From contig JAPOQI010000143.1 of NCBI GenBank assembly GCA_026710765.1, forward strand, positions 1 through 34,476: a stretch of 34,476 bases of DNA, read 5' to 3'. The notes under the pieces are model-generated. The model was not told the DNA's origin. It searched no databases and saw nothing but the letters and a program-made list of their open reading frames with translations. A program made the position numbers and the translations under genes. This DNA is from Cytophagales bacterium. Its GTDB lineage: Bacteria > Bacteroidota > Bacteroidia > Cytophagales > JAPOQI01. Position 1 is the first letter of the stretch; each line of letters begins with the position of its first letter. Below are positions 1 through 8,868 of the stretch, piece after piece.

Positions 1-1019
1 CTCTTAAGTTTCAAGGTCCCCGCTGCCATATTTCGAGGATTCGCCCAAGGCTTCTCATCCTCCCGAATTCGCTGCCGATTAAGATCCAGAAAACGCTCTC
101 GGGCGATAAAGACCTCCCCACGAATCTCCATATATGCCGGACAAGCCCCGGCTATCTTCATAGGAATATCCCGAAGGGTCCGAATATTCGCACTGAGATC
201 CTCTCCCTCGCGTCCATCTCCTCGGGCAAGTGCCCGATGAAATTCACCCCGTACGTAGATCATATTTATTGCCACGCCATCAAATTTGGGCTCACAATAA
301 TATTCTATCCGCTCCTCCCCCAGCTTCTTTCGAAGCTGTATCTCAAATTCATCCAGGTCTTCTCTCGTATAAGTATTCTTCAAGGAGAGCATGGGAAATT
401 TATGTGGATAACTATGAAATTGACCCGTCAGATCATCCCCCACCACCTGGGTGGGAGAGTCTTTATATAGCCTTTCAAAATCTTTCTGCATCCCCAAAAG
501 GGACTCCTTCTTCTTTAAAACCCCCTCCCGTATGTTCCGAAAAGCCTCTTGCTTCTGGGGAAGCTGCTCCAGATTTTTTAAAAAATCCTCCCGTACAACT
601 TGAAAGTCCCCCGATTCCTTCAAAACCCGAAGATCTTTGTCTACCTCTTGAAGAGCCTTCTGGCTTTGGGAAAAGCCCTCTTGGGCATCCCGAAAAGACC
701 CCGCTAAGTCTTTTAGAAAGCCCTGCACGAGTTCAAAAAAATCTTTTTCAAAGCCTTTAATCGCGATCAGCCTTTTATCATACTCTTCATCCTCAAGCAG
801 AGGCGCATGATCGCCACCCTTGTAATAGAGATCCGCGTGCCGATTCAGCTCTTGGACCTTTTTTCCGTATTCTCTTAAATTGTCTTCTAATTCTTGAATC
901 TTCTGATCATATTTTTTTAGATCCTGAATTAGGCTTTGAGCACGCTGAGTCCATCCTTCCATGTTGTGTTGGAGCCCCTGAAGTCTCTTTTGGAATCCTG
1001 TCTCAGTCATCGCTTCCAT
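1..1019 (-). CDS. ligA: NAD-dependent DNA ligase, N-terminal part (runs off the window start), with heptad-repeat expansions in subdomain Ia
   Basis: Hand translation from ATG at 1019 (alternative 1010) is open to position 1. It contains LNRHADLYY..EDEEYD, DSPTQVVG, HKFPMLSLKNTY, the adenylation motif EPKFDG (KFDG at 276-287), ARGDGREGED, EIRGEV and ANPRNMAAGTL. Absent from the ORF track because the stop lies outside the window. Confidence 0.95.
   Translation of the reverse strand, partial: MEAMTETGFQKRLQGLQHNMEGWTQRAQSLIQDLKKYDQKIQELEDNLREYGKKVQELNRHADLYYKGGDHAPLLEDEEYDKRLIAIKGFEKDFFELVQGFLKDLAGSFRDAQEGFSQSQKALQEVDKDLRVLKESGDFQVVREDFLKNLEQLPQKQEAFRNIREGVLKKKESLLGMQKDFERLYKDSPTQVVGDDLTGQFHSYPHKFPMLSLKNTYTREDLDEFEIQLRKKLGEERIEYYCEPKFDGVAINMIYVRGEFHRALARGDGREGEDLSANIRTLRDIPMKIAGACPAYMEIRGEVFIARERFLDLNRQRIREDEKPWANPRNMAAGTLKLK
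462..743 (-). repeat. Degenerate 21-nt (heptad) tandem repeat, about 13 units, inside ligA
   Basis: Units DFFELVQ/GFLKDLA/(G)SFRDAQE/GFSQSQK/ALQEVDK/DLRVLKE/(SG)DFQVVRE/DFLKNLE/QLPQKQE/AFRNIRE/GVLKKKE/SLLGMQK/DFERLYK. The second codon is almost always TTT/CTT and the last is usually GAG/AAG/AAA. Confidence 0.75.
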
Positions 1020-1068
1020 GAAAATAGGGAAATCCTGGAAAGGGCTTTCTTCATGTACGGTAGATTAG

Positions 1069-2532
1069 CTAATAAGCCTTGGCAAAAAGGACCCGTTGCG
1101 AACTTTTTTTCTGGGTCCGAATACATTTTCCCTCCTTTGGATTCTGTGATAAGGGAATACATCGTATGGTGGCTTGGGTTTCTTGTTGAATCTGAGCTTC
1201 TGTTTCCGTTGTTCCGTCCCAGTGGGCAGAGAGAAAGCCACCCTTTTGACTGAGTATTTCTTTAAACTCATCATAGTCATCCGTAATATGTGTATGCTTC
1301 TGCTGACGTTCTTTGGCTGTTTGGAACATATTGTGTTGAATTTCATCCAAGAGACCCAATACATTAACCCCTTCCCAAGACACGGATATCTTCTCCAAAC
1401 GATCTCTACGAAAAAGCTCTATGCTTTGATTTTTGATATCCGCAGGACCTATAGCCACCCGAAGGGGAACCCCCTTAAGTTCCCATTCCGCAAATTTCCA
1501 TCCGGGCTTATGCAGATCTCTATCATCTAGATGCACACGGAGACCTTGTTTTTCCCATGCCGACTGAAAACGTTGTGCCTGCGTACAAACCTCTTTCCGT
1601 TGTTCCTCATCATAGTAAATCGGAACAATTACCACCTGCTGAGGTGCCAGCTTTGGGGGCAAGACCAACCCCTTATCATCCCCATGAACCATAATCAAAG
1701 CACCCATGAGTCGGGTACTCACACCCCAAGAACTCCCCCAAACATATTCCAATCTGCCATCCTGCTTGGCAAACTTCACATCAAAAGCCTTGGCAAAATT
1801 TTGTCCCAAGAAGTGGGAAGTACCTAATTGTAATGCCTTCCCATCATGCATGAGGGCCTCTAAACAATAGGTCTCTACGGCACCCGCAAATCGTTCGCTT
1901 TCCGTCTTTATACCCTTAACCACAGGAATAGCTAAGGTGTTCTCCACCAGGTCAACATATATATCCAGCAGATCAAGGGTTTCCGTTTGGGCTTCTTCCT
2001 GGGTGGCATGGGCCGTATGACCCTCTTGCCACAGAAATTCCGTGCTACGCAGGAAGGGACGGGTACGCATCTCCCAACGAATCACATTTGCCCACTGATT
2101 AATCAAAAGAGGTAAATCCCTGTAAGACTGTATCCAATCCCTATATGTGTTCCATATGGTCGTCTCAGAGGTCGGCCGCAATACCAAGGCCTCTTCCAAC
2201 TCCGAAGCAGGATCTATTTTGATCTGCTTATCTCGTTCACAAAGCCTGTGATGTGTGACTACCGCACATTCTTTCGCAAAGCCCTCTACATGGGAGAGCT
2301 CTTTTTCAAAATGACTCAAGGGAATCATGAGTGGGAAATAGGCATTTTGATGACCCGTCTCCTTGAGACGGAGGTCTAAAATCTGTTGAATACGCTCCCA
2401 TATGGAAAACCCATACGGATTTATCACCATGCAGCCCCGAACCGAAGACTTGGAAACCAACCCCGCATGCTTGACCAAATCAGAATACCAAGCATTAGGG
2501 TCCTTAGAACGGGATGTAATCAAACGACTCAC
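1069..2532 (-). CDS. proS: Proline--tRNA ligase (archaeal/eukaryotic type)
   Basis: LRPTSET, QWANVIRWE, EFLWQEGHTAH, GTSHFLGQNF and SWGVSTR motifs, C-terminal FAKAY; GTG start. Confidence 0.97.
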   Translation of the reverse strand: MSRLITSRSKDPNAWYSDLVKHAGLVSKSSVRGCMVINPYGFSIWERIQQILDLRLKETGHQNAYFPLMIPLSHFEKELSHVEGFAKECAVVTHHRLCERDKQIKIDPASELEEALVLRPTSETTIWNTYRDWIQSYRDLPLLINQWANVIRWEMRTRPFLRSTEFLWQEGHTAHATQEEAQTETLDLLDIYVDLVENTLAIPVVKGIKTESERFAGAVETYCLEALMHDGKALQLGTSHFLGQNFAKAFDVKFAKQDGRLEYVWGSSWGVSTRLMGALIMVHGDDKGLVLPPKLAPQQVVIVPIYYDEEQRKEVCTQAQRFQSAWEKQGLRVHLDDRDLHKPGWKFAEWELKGVPLRVAIGPADIKNQSIELFRRDRLEKISVSWEGVNVLGLLDEIQHNMFQTAKERQQKHTHITDDYDEFKEILSQKGGFLSAHWDGTTETEAQIQQETQATIRCIPLSQNPKEGKCIRTQKKSSQRVLFAKAY

Positions 2533-2612
2533 AAAACCAAAGCCTACAATTTAGGAAAATTTGAATTTTCTGAGTAATATCTTGATTCGGCTATCCTCAT
2601 AGTTGTTGGGTC

Positions 2613-2620
2613 TATCTTTG
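2613..2620 (+). promoter_or_regulatory. Putative Bacteroidota sigma-A -7 promoter element for the sensor kinase
   Basis: TATCTTTG matches TAnnTTTG in the divergent intergenic region. No well-spaced -33 TTTG was seen. Confidence 0.5.
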
Positions 2621-2710
2621 ACACGGCGTCCCTTGAACTCATCAGCACGGGGAACCCAAGATAGGCCTTTCTGATGAATATTTCTATAAAAAAGGATCTT
2701 GAAAGGAGAT

Positions 2711-5515
2711 ATGGAAAAGAAAAAACTACCTAATCTCTGGGAGGGTCTTCCTTATGAAGACCTAACCACAGAGGCTATTTTTGTACTGGATTCCGAAGGG
2801 TGCTTCCAGTACATGAACAAGATTTTATCCCAACGATTAGGCTATTCTAAATCGGAGTGGGAAGGCTTGTCTATAAAGAAACTGCTGCCACAAGAAGAAG
2901 AATACCTCTCTTCTCAACATGGATCTAAGGAGCAATTTCAAAATAGAAACCTAACGCTCTTAACTAAGCATGGAAGGAAGATTTTTCTAAGAGGGCATAT
3001 AATCCATGAATCCCACGGACTCAGGGGATTTTTCAAGGATGTCACCACAGAGACCCGAATTCTTAGAACCCAAGAAATTCATACCCGTGTTATGGATTTT
3101 AATGCGAGCAATTTGCCCTTAGAAATACTTTATCAACGAATTTTTGAAGAGGTCCATGATGTCTTTAACATAGAGTATTTGGGGGTTGTGCATCGGGAAA
3201 AAAAGATTTCACGGGAGGCTTCTTTTTCTGTTTTTGGCAAAGAAAACCTTAAAGATCCCGAACGGGAGGTACACGAATATATCTGTCAGCATTTTTCTCA
3301 GGAAGTGCTATCCCGGCGACATTCGCTCATTGTCTTAAATACCAGCATCCGTCGGGTGGTAGAAGCACGATACCCCAAGGTTCAAACCCCCCACATGTGG
3401 ATGGGTGTAAATGTACCCTTTCAGAGCAAAAAAATAGAAACGGTCCTTTCCTTTTACTCCTTTGATCAAAAAACTAGATACTCGCCCCGAGAATTAGGGA
3501 TCATAGAATTTCTGGGTAAACAGGTCTCTGTGGCCTTGGAACGGAAAATTAGACAATCTCAGCTGAAGAGCAAGGAGGCTCGTTTGTTTTCCATCTATGA
3601 AAGTAATTCTCATCAGATATGGACAGTGGATAGTTCTTATAAATTAACCGATTTTAACCCCTTATTTGAAGAAGTATTTTCCCAAAGCATACAGAAACCT
3701 ATTCGCTTAGGAAATGATTTTATGGAGATCCTAAAACAATCTTCTAAGTCCCTATCCCCGGATTGGATTAAGTATTTGAATCGTGCCTTTGAGGGACATT
3801 CTACCAAATTCAGAACCTACCTCGCTCAAGAAGACGGAAAGAATGTGTGGCTAGATGTTTTCTTAAATCCCATCTACTCATCGAAGAAAAAGGTAAACGA
3901 GGTCTCCTGTATCGCCAACGATATTACCCACCTCAAAAAAATCACAGACGAACTGGTTCAGTCCAAGGAAAAAGCCGAACAACTACTCCAAGCCAAACAA
4001 AATTTTCTGGCCAACATGAGTCACGAAATACGAACCCCAATTAATGGCATGATGGGCATGCTAGAACTCCTCAACTCTACAAACCTAAACCCTGCTCAAA
4101 AGGAATACTTGGATATCATCAAAACATCCTCTGCTACCCTAATGAGTATACTCAATGATATTCTAAATCTATCCAAAATAGAAGCCGGAAAATTAGAACT
4201 CTATCCCAAACCCCTTCGCTTTCGGGAGATGCTAATCAAGTCATTATCCTTGTATGAAAAACAAGGATCTCAAGTTTTTCTTCACGTAGACCCTGAGGTG
4301 CCAAATCACCTCTGTTTGGACGAAACACGGATAGGTCAAATTCTATCCAATATGATCTCCAATGCCATCAAGTTTTCAGAATATAGAAAGGAGGTCCATG
4401 TGGGCGTGTATTTGGCCTCTCAGAAAAAAGGACAGATCAAGCTCCGAATAAAGGTTAAAGATTATGGCATAGGCATTTCTCCGGAGGAACAAAAAGATCT
4501 TTTCAAGAGCTTCCATCAATTGGAAAGAAGTACCCGGAAGCGATTTGGTGGAACCGGGTTGGGATTGGCCATTACCAAGAACTTAGCCCTCCTTATGAAG
4601 GGGGACATGGGTGTTTTCTCAACCCCGTCTCAGGGCAGCTGCTTTTGGATAGACCTTTGGGTTCAAGAAGCAAAAGTGGAAGAAATAGAGAGTCTGAAAT
4701 CTGAAAAGGGAGAGATCTTAACCCAACCCAAATTGGTTCAGCAAGTCAAGATTCTACTCGTAGATGATAACCTCAGTAATTTACGTGTAGCCCAAAGTTT
4801 TTTAGAAAAAGCAGAGGCTCAAGTTATTTCGGTTCAGGACGGACGATCCGCCTTGGAACAAGTCGGGCAGCATATTTTTGATCTCATCCTCATGGATATA
4901 CAAATGCCCATCATGGACGGAATTGATACAGCCAAAGAAATCCGAAAGAAACGAATCCACGTACCCCCTATCATAGCCATGACAGCCTATGCTATGCCCG
5001 AGGATAAAGAGAAATTCTTGGACCTAGGCATGGATGATTATATCCCCAAACCTATCTCCTACTCAGGATTGATCCAAAAGGTCATCTACTGGACCCAAAA
5101 ATCTAAGACCCCCTCCCACCAAATATCTAAACCCAAACCCTACCCAACCCAAGCGAGCCCGAAGAAAAATGCCCAAAACGACCAAGACATATGGGATCAA
5201 AATTATGTACAAAAAGTTGTTCTTCACGGGGGAAAAAAAGCCTATCTAGAAGCCTTTCAAGATTTCAAGAAAGAAATCCCACCCTTGCTTTTAGCATGTC
5301 AAGAAGATATGAAACGGGCTCAGTTCAAAGAACTATCCGAGCATGTTCATAAAATAAAAGGCGCTGCCGGTAGTGTGGGAATCATCTGCGTCCAGCGGTC
5401 TTGTTTGGAAATAGAACAACAAATCCTTCAAGAAAATCCCCCATCTCTAGATAGCCTGCAAGAATCTTGGAAAGCCTTTCTTGCCGAAGAACAAAAAATC
5501 CGGAACTCGCTATGA
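2711..5515 (+). CDS. Cytoplasmic hybrid (unorthodox) sensor histidine kinase: PAS-GAF-like-PAS-HisKA-HATPase-REC-Hpt
   Basis: H-box FLANMSHEIRTP, N-box NMISNAIKF, G1 VKDYGIGI, G2 GGTGLGLAI, receiver ILLVDDN..LMDIQMP..DYIPKP, Hpt HKIKGAA. No evident TM helix. Start is ATG 2711 or TTG 2699. Confidence 0.93.
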   Translation: MEKKKLPNLWEGLPYEDLTTEAIFVLDSEGCFQYMNKILSQRLGYSKSEWEGLSIKKLLPQEEEYLSSQHGSKEQFQNRNLTLLTKHGRKIFLRGHIIHESHGLRGFFKDVTTETRILRTQEIHTRVMDFNASNLPLEILYQRIFEEVHDVFNIEYLGVVHREKKISREASFSVFGKENLKDPEREVHEYICQHFSQEVLSRRHSLIVLNTSIRRVVEARYPKVQTPHMWMGVNVPFQSKKIETVLSFYSFDQKTRYSPRELGIIEFLGKQVSVALERKIRQSQLKSKEARLFSIYESNSHQIWTVDSSYKLTDFNPLFEEVFSQSIQKPIRLGNDFMEILKQSSKSLSPDWIKYLNRAFEGHSTKFRTYLAQEDGKNVWLDVFLNPIYSSKKKVNEVSCIANDITHLKKITDELVQSKEKAEQLLQAKQNFLANMSHEIRTPINGMMGMLELLNSTNLNPAQKEYLDIIKTSSATLMSILNDILNLSKIEAGKLELYPKPLRFREMLIKSLSLYEKQGSQVFLHVDPEVPNHLCLDETRIGQILSNMISNAIKFSEYRKEVHVGVYLASQKKGQIKLRIKVKDYGIGISPEEQKDLFKSFHQLERSTRKRFGGTGLGLAITKNLALLMKGDMGVFSTPSQGSCFWIDLWVQEAKVEEIESLKSEKGEILTQPKLVQQVKILLVDDNLSNLRVAQSFLEKAEAQVISVQDGRSALEQVGQHIFDLILMDIQMPIMDGIDTAKEIRKKRIHVPPIIAMTAYAMPEDKEKFLDLGMDDYIPKPISYSGLIQKVIYWTQKSKTPSHQISKPKPYPTQASPKKNAQNDQDIWDQNYVQKVVLHGGKKAYLEAFQDFKKEIPPLLLACQEDMKRAQFKELSEHVHKIKGAAGSVGIICVQRSCLEIEQQILQENPPSLDSLQESWKAFLAEEQKIRNSL

Positions 5516-5597
5516 TGTGCAAAAGAACAGGAACAATGCATAGCTGTCTCAGGAACCTTAAAGGCTTCATAACATTTGTCTTAACTTGTACCTCTAT

Positions 5598-6632
5598 ATG
5601 ATGCTGAGGAGAATAGCAAAAAAAGAGGGATTGAATGTAGAACCCGGGACGATTTTTATCAAGGATAATCTATCCATTATGAGATGTATGAACTCAGATT
5701 GCATAGACCTGATATATTTAGACCCCCCCTTCAATAAGAATAAGACTTTCACGGCACTCATGGATTCTAAAGCCAAAGGTGCTGAGTTCAAAGATTATTG
5801 GGAACGGGATGATGTGAAGGACGCGGATATGGATTACTTGGAGAAGGCGCATGAAGAGTTATTTGCTTTGTTAAAAGTCCTGAGGGGCCTTGGAATCAGG
5901 GGATCTGAATATTATCTCTATTATATCGCACTTCGGTTGTTGGAATGTCATAGAGTATTGAAGCCTACAGGATCTATCTATTTGCATTGCGATCCCACCA
6001 TGTCCCACTATCTTAAACTTTTGATGGATTGTATCTTCGGGGTGGAGAATTTTAGGAATGAGATTGTCTGGTTCTATCCCGATACCCCAGGCAGAGCTAG
6101 GAGATATTTCCCCAAGAAACATGATCTGCTTTTGTGTTATTCTAAAAGCAGGAATTATACCTTTGAAGCTAAAAATGTACTTATAGATATCCTGCCTGAG
6201 TCCAAGATGAGATATAAAACACCACGAAAAATAGGCGGACGCGAATATATAGGAGGAAAATCATCCACAGAAGGTAAAATTCCTGAAGACGTTTGGCGGA
6301 TCCCCGCAGTGAAAGGCAATTCCAAAGAGTACATCGGCTACCCAACCCAGAAACCTGAGAAATTATTGGATCGGATTATCAAGGCTTCTTCCCAGGAAGG
6401 AGATGTTGTCTTAGATCCGTTCTGTGGTTGTGCGACCACCTGTGTGGTGGCACATGGACTACATAGGAAGTGGATTGGCATAGACCTCTCTCCTGTGGCA
6501 GGAGAGATGGTGCTTTCTCGCCTCCATGATCGGGGGAGTTTGGATTATAAGATCGTTATTTGGAATGATAAGACCAATAAAGCGGATGTACTTCCCGTAC
6601 GGACCGACTTGCGAGACATTCCCTCATCATGA
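5598..6632 (+). CDS. Site-specific DNA methyltransferase (N4-C/N6-A, beta class), orphan in this window
   Basis: DLIYLDPPFN (motif IV) precedes YPTQKP and VLDPFCGCATT (motif I), i.e. beta order; also RVLKPTGSIYLHCD and FRNEIVW. Start uncertain (TTG 5586, ATG 5598/5601, TTG 5631). Stop overlaps the uvrB start (ATGA). Confidence 0.92.
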   Translation: MMLRRIAKKEGLNVEPGTIFIKDNLSIMRCMNSDCIDLIYLDPPFNKNKTFTALMDSKAKGAEFKDYWERDDVKDADMDYLEKAHEELFALLKVLRGLGIRGSEYYLYYIALRLLECHRVLKPTGSIYLHCDPTMSHYLKLLMDCIFGVENFRNEIVWFYPDTPGRARRYFPKKHDLLLCYSKSRNYTFEAKNVLIDILPESKMRYKTPRKIGGREYIGGKSSTEGKIPEDVWRIPAVKGNSKEYIGYPTQKPEKLLDRIIKASSQEGDVVLDPFCGCATTCVVAHGLHRKWIGIDLSPVAGEMVLSRLHDRGSLDYKIVIWNDKTNKADVLPVRTDLRDIPSS

Positions 6633-8701
6633 GTATCTTTCAATTATCAGCACCCCATGAACCTGCCGGAGACCAACCCAAGGCGATCCAGGAGTTAAGC
6701 CAGGGTATTCAAAAAGGAATCCCTGCCCAAACCCTCCTAGGTGTTACCGGCTCCGGAAAAACCTTCACCATGGCACATGTCATTCAACAGGTTAAAAAAT
6801 CTACCCTAGTGCTGAGTCACAATAAAACCCTAGCCGCCCAGCTCTACGCAGAATTCAAACAGTATTTTCCCCATAACTTGGTAGAATACTTTATCTCCTA
6901 TTATGATTATTATCAACCCGAAGCCTATATCCCTCTGAGTAATACCTATATAGAAAAGGAAATGTCTATCAACGAGCATATAGACCTACTCCGATTGCGA
7001 GCTTCTTCTTCCCTCCTCTCGGGACGAGAAGATGTAATTGTGGTGGCTTCTGTTTCTTGCATTTATGGACTAGGAAACCCCGCCCATTTCAGAGCCAATG
7101 CCATTTCCATGGAGCTGAACCAGCAAATTTCCATGACCCAAGTATTATATCGCCTTGTGGATTTGATGTACAAACGAGAAGAAAAAAACCCAGGACCAGG
7201 TCAATTTTCGATCCGAGGTGATAGTTTGGAAATTGTCGCAGCCTATGAAGAACATAGATATATTATTTGCTTCGGAGAAGACAAAATAGATCGCATTAGC
7301 CTCTGCAAAAAAGGAAAAAAACAAGATCTCAATAACGTCCTAATTTTTCCTGCCCATCTCTTCCTAGGGAAAAAGTCCGACGTACATGACATCATAGCCG
7401 AAATAGAAAATGATCTGGAAAAACAAATCTCCTTCCTAGAACAAGAAGGATGGAAAGATGAAGCGGATAGACTCGGTGAACGAGTGGGAAATGACCTGAG
7501 TATGATCCGAGAACTCGGATACTGCTCGGGTATAGAAAACTATTCCCGATACTTTGATAGACGAAAACCAGGAGAACGCCCCTATTGCCTATTTGATTAT
7601 TTTCCCAAGAATTTTATGCTTATTGTAGATGAAAGTCACGTTACAATTCCTCAGGTCCGTGCTATGTGGGGTGGAGATAGAACCCGAAAGGAAAACCTAG
7701 TGAGATATGGCTTTAGGCTACCCTCTGCCCTAGATAACAGACCCCTAACCTTTGATGAATTTGAAAACATGATGCCCCCAACCCTCTTCGTAAGTGCCAC
7801 GCCCGCAGAATATGAAATCCAAAAATCTGCAGGTCTAATTGTGGAACAAATTATCCGACCCACAGGTCTTCTAGATCCCAAAATAGAGGTCCGAGAAAGC
7901 AAACATCAAGTGGAAGACCTACTTGAAGAACTCCGAAAACAGGTTCCACGAAATGAACGAAGCCTACTCACAACCATCACGAAAAGGCTCGCAGAAGAAC
8001 TAGCCGAATACCTTTGCCAACACGAAATTAGAGCCAGATATCTCCATGCAGATATCAAGGCCCTAGATCGGGTAGATATCTTAATGGAACTCCGAAAAGG
8101 AGATTTTGACGTGCTCGTCGGGGTGAACCTACTCCGAGAAGGACTAGACCTACCTGAAGTCTCCCTAGTGGCAATCCTGGATGCAGATAAAGAAGGATTC
8201 CTGAGAAATGAACGATCACTCATCCAAACCATCGGAAGAGCCTCCCGAAATGAAAATGGAAGGGTCATCCTGTATGCAGATAAATCTACCCAATCCATGG
8301 AAAAAGCCATCTCCAAAACACAAAGACGAAGAAAACTCCAAAAAGCCTATAATCAAAAACATCACATCATACCCCGAACAATTAAAAAACAAACAGAAGA
8401 AGTCTTTAACTTTGATGAAAAACAACTCCGAAAATATAACGGAAAGGAAGGTGACACCGACTTCCTAAACTCCCTCTCAGTCAAAGCCGGAGAAAAAAAC
8501 ACCTCCCTCAAACCCCTACATAAAACCGAACTCCAAGAATTGGAAAAACGAATAGAACAACGAATGAGAAAAGCCGCACAAGAAAAAGACTATGAAAAAG
8601 CTGTAACCCTAAGAGATGATCTCAAAAAGGTCCAGCAAATCCTCCGAAACAAAAGCCAAGAACAACCACCTAAACCCCACAGAAGAAAATCAAACAAGTA
8701 A
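6629..8701 (+). CDS. uvrB: Excinuclease ABC subunit B
   Basis: GDQP, GVTGSGKT, HNKTLAAQL, beta-hairpin YYDYYQPEAY, DESH, NLLREGLDLPEV, C-terminal UVR helical pair. Confidence 0.98.
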   Translation: MSIFQLSAPHEPAGDQPKAIQELSQGIQKGIPAQTLLGVTGSGKTFTMAHVIQQVKKSTLVLSHNKTLAAQLYAEFKQYFPHNLVEYFISYYDYYQPEAYIPLSNTYIEKEMSINEHIDLLRLRASSSLLSGREDVIVVASVSCIYGLGNPAHFRANAISMELNQQISMTQVLYRLVDLMYKREEKNPGPGQFSIRGDSLEIVAAYEEHRYIICFGEDKIDRISLCKKGKKQDLNNVLIFPAHLFLGKKSDVHDIIAEIENDLEKQISFLEQEGWKDEADRLGERVGNDLSMIRELGYCSGIENYSRYFDRRKPGERPYCLFDYFPKNFMLIVDESHVTIPQVRAMWGGDRTRKENLVRYGFRLPSALDNRPLTFDEFENMMPPTLFVSATPAEYEIQKSAGLIVEQIIRPTGLLDPKIEVRESKHQVEDLLEELRKQVPRNERSLLTTITKRLAEELAEYLCQHEIRARYLHADIKALDRVDILMELRKGDFDVLVGVNLLREGLDLPEVSLVAILDADKEGFLRNERSLIQTIGRASRNENGRVILYADKSTQSMEKAISKTQRRRKLQKAYNQKHHIIPRTIKKQTEEVFNFDEKQLRKYNGKEGDTDFLNSLSVKAGEKNTSLKPLHKTELQELEKRIEQRMRKAAQEKDYEKAVTLRDDLKKVQQILRNKSQEQPPKPHRRKSNK

Positions 8702-8868
8702 ATCCTTATGAAATCCTGCTAATTTTTCATAGAAAAAGGGAAAATTGACAAGTAAAACTTTGATTTCCCAAAGAAATTTCCTAAAATCCCTCCAGTCTCT
8801 CCCCAAAGAGAATGGGGGCAGGGTAGAAATATGTATGTCTGTCAAGCTGAAATGAGCTATTCAAGAAA

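Noticed and set aside
230-760. 176-aa Pro-rich plus-strand ORF with apparent periodicity
   Set aside because: Antisense shadow of ligA; its P..S.E.P periodicity mirrors the ligA heptad repeat.
2671-2705. CUGAUGA...GAAA resembling a hammerhead ribozyme core
   Set aside because: No stem II can form between CUGAUGA and GAAA, and no stem I/III partner with a cleavage triplet was found.
2702-2713. Shine-Dalgarno-like AAAGGAG before the kinase ATG
   Set aside because: Only 2 nt from the ATG, and Bacteroidota rarely use SD sequences.
8630-8701. Basic UvrB tail (PPKPHRRKSNK) resembling a nuclear localisation signal
   Set aside because: Cytoplasmic repair protein with no export signal; explained by C/A-rich composition and stop-codon drift.
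8702-8868. TTGACA and TAAAACTTTG promoter-like words upstream of the giant gene
   Set aside because: Neither fits the Bacteroidota TTTG-N(~19-21)-TAnnTTTG consensus with correct spacing.
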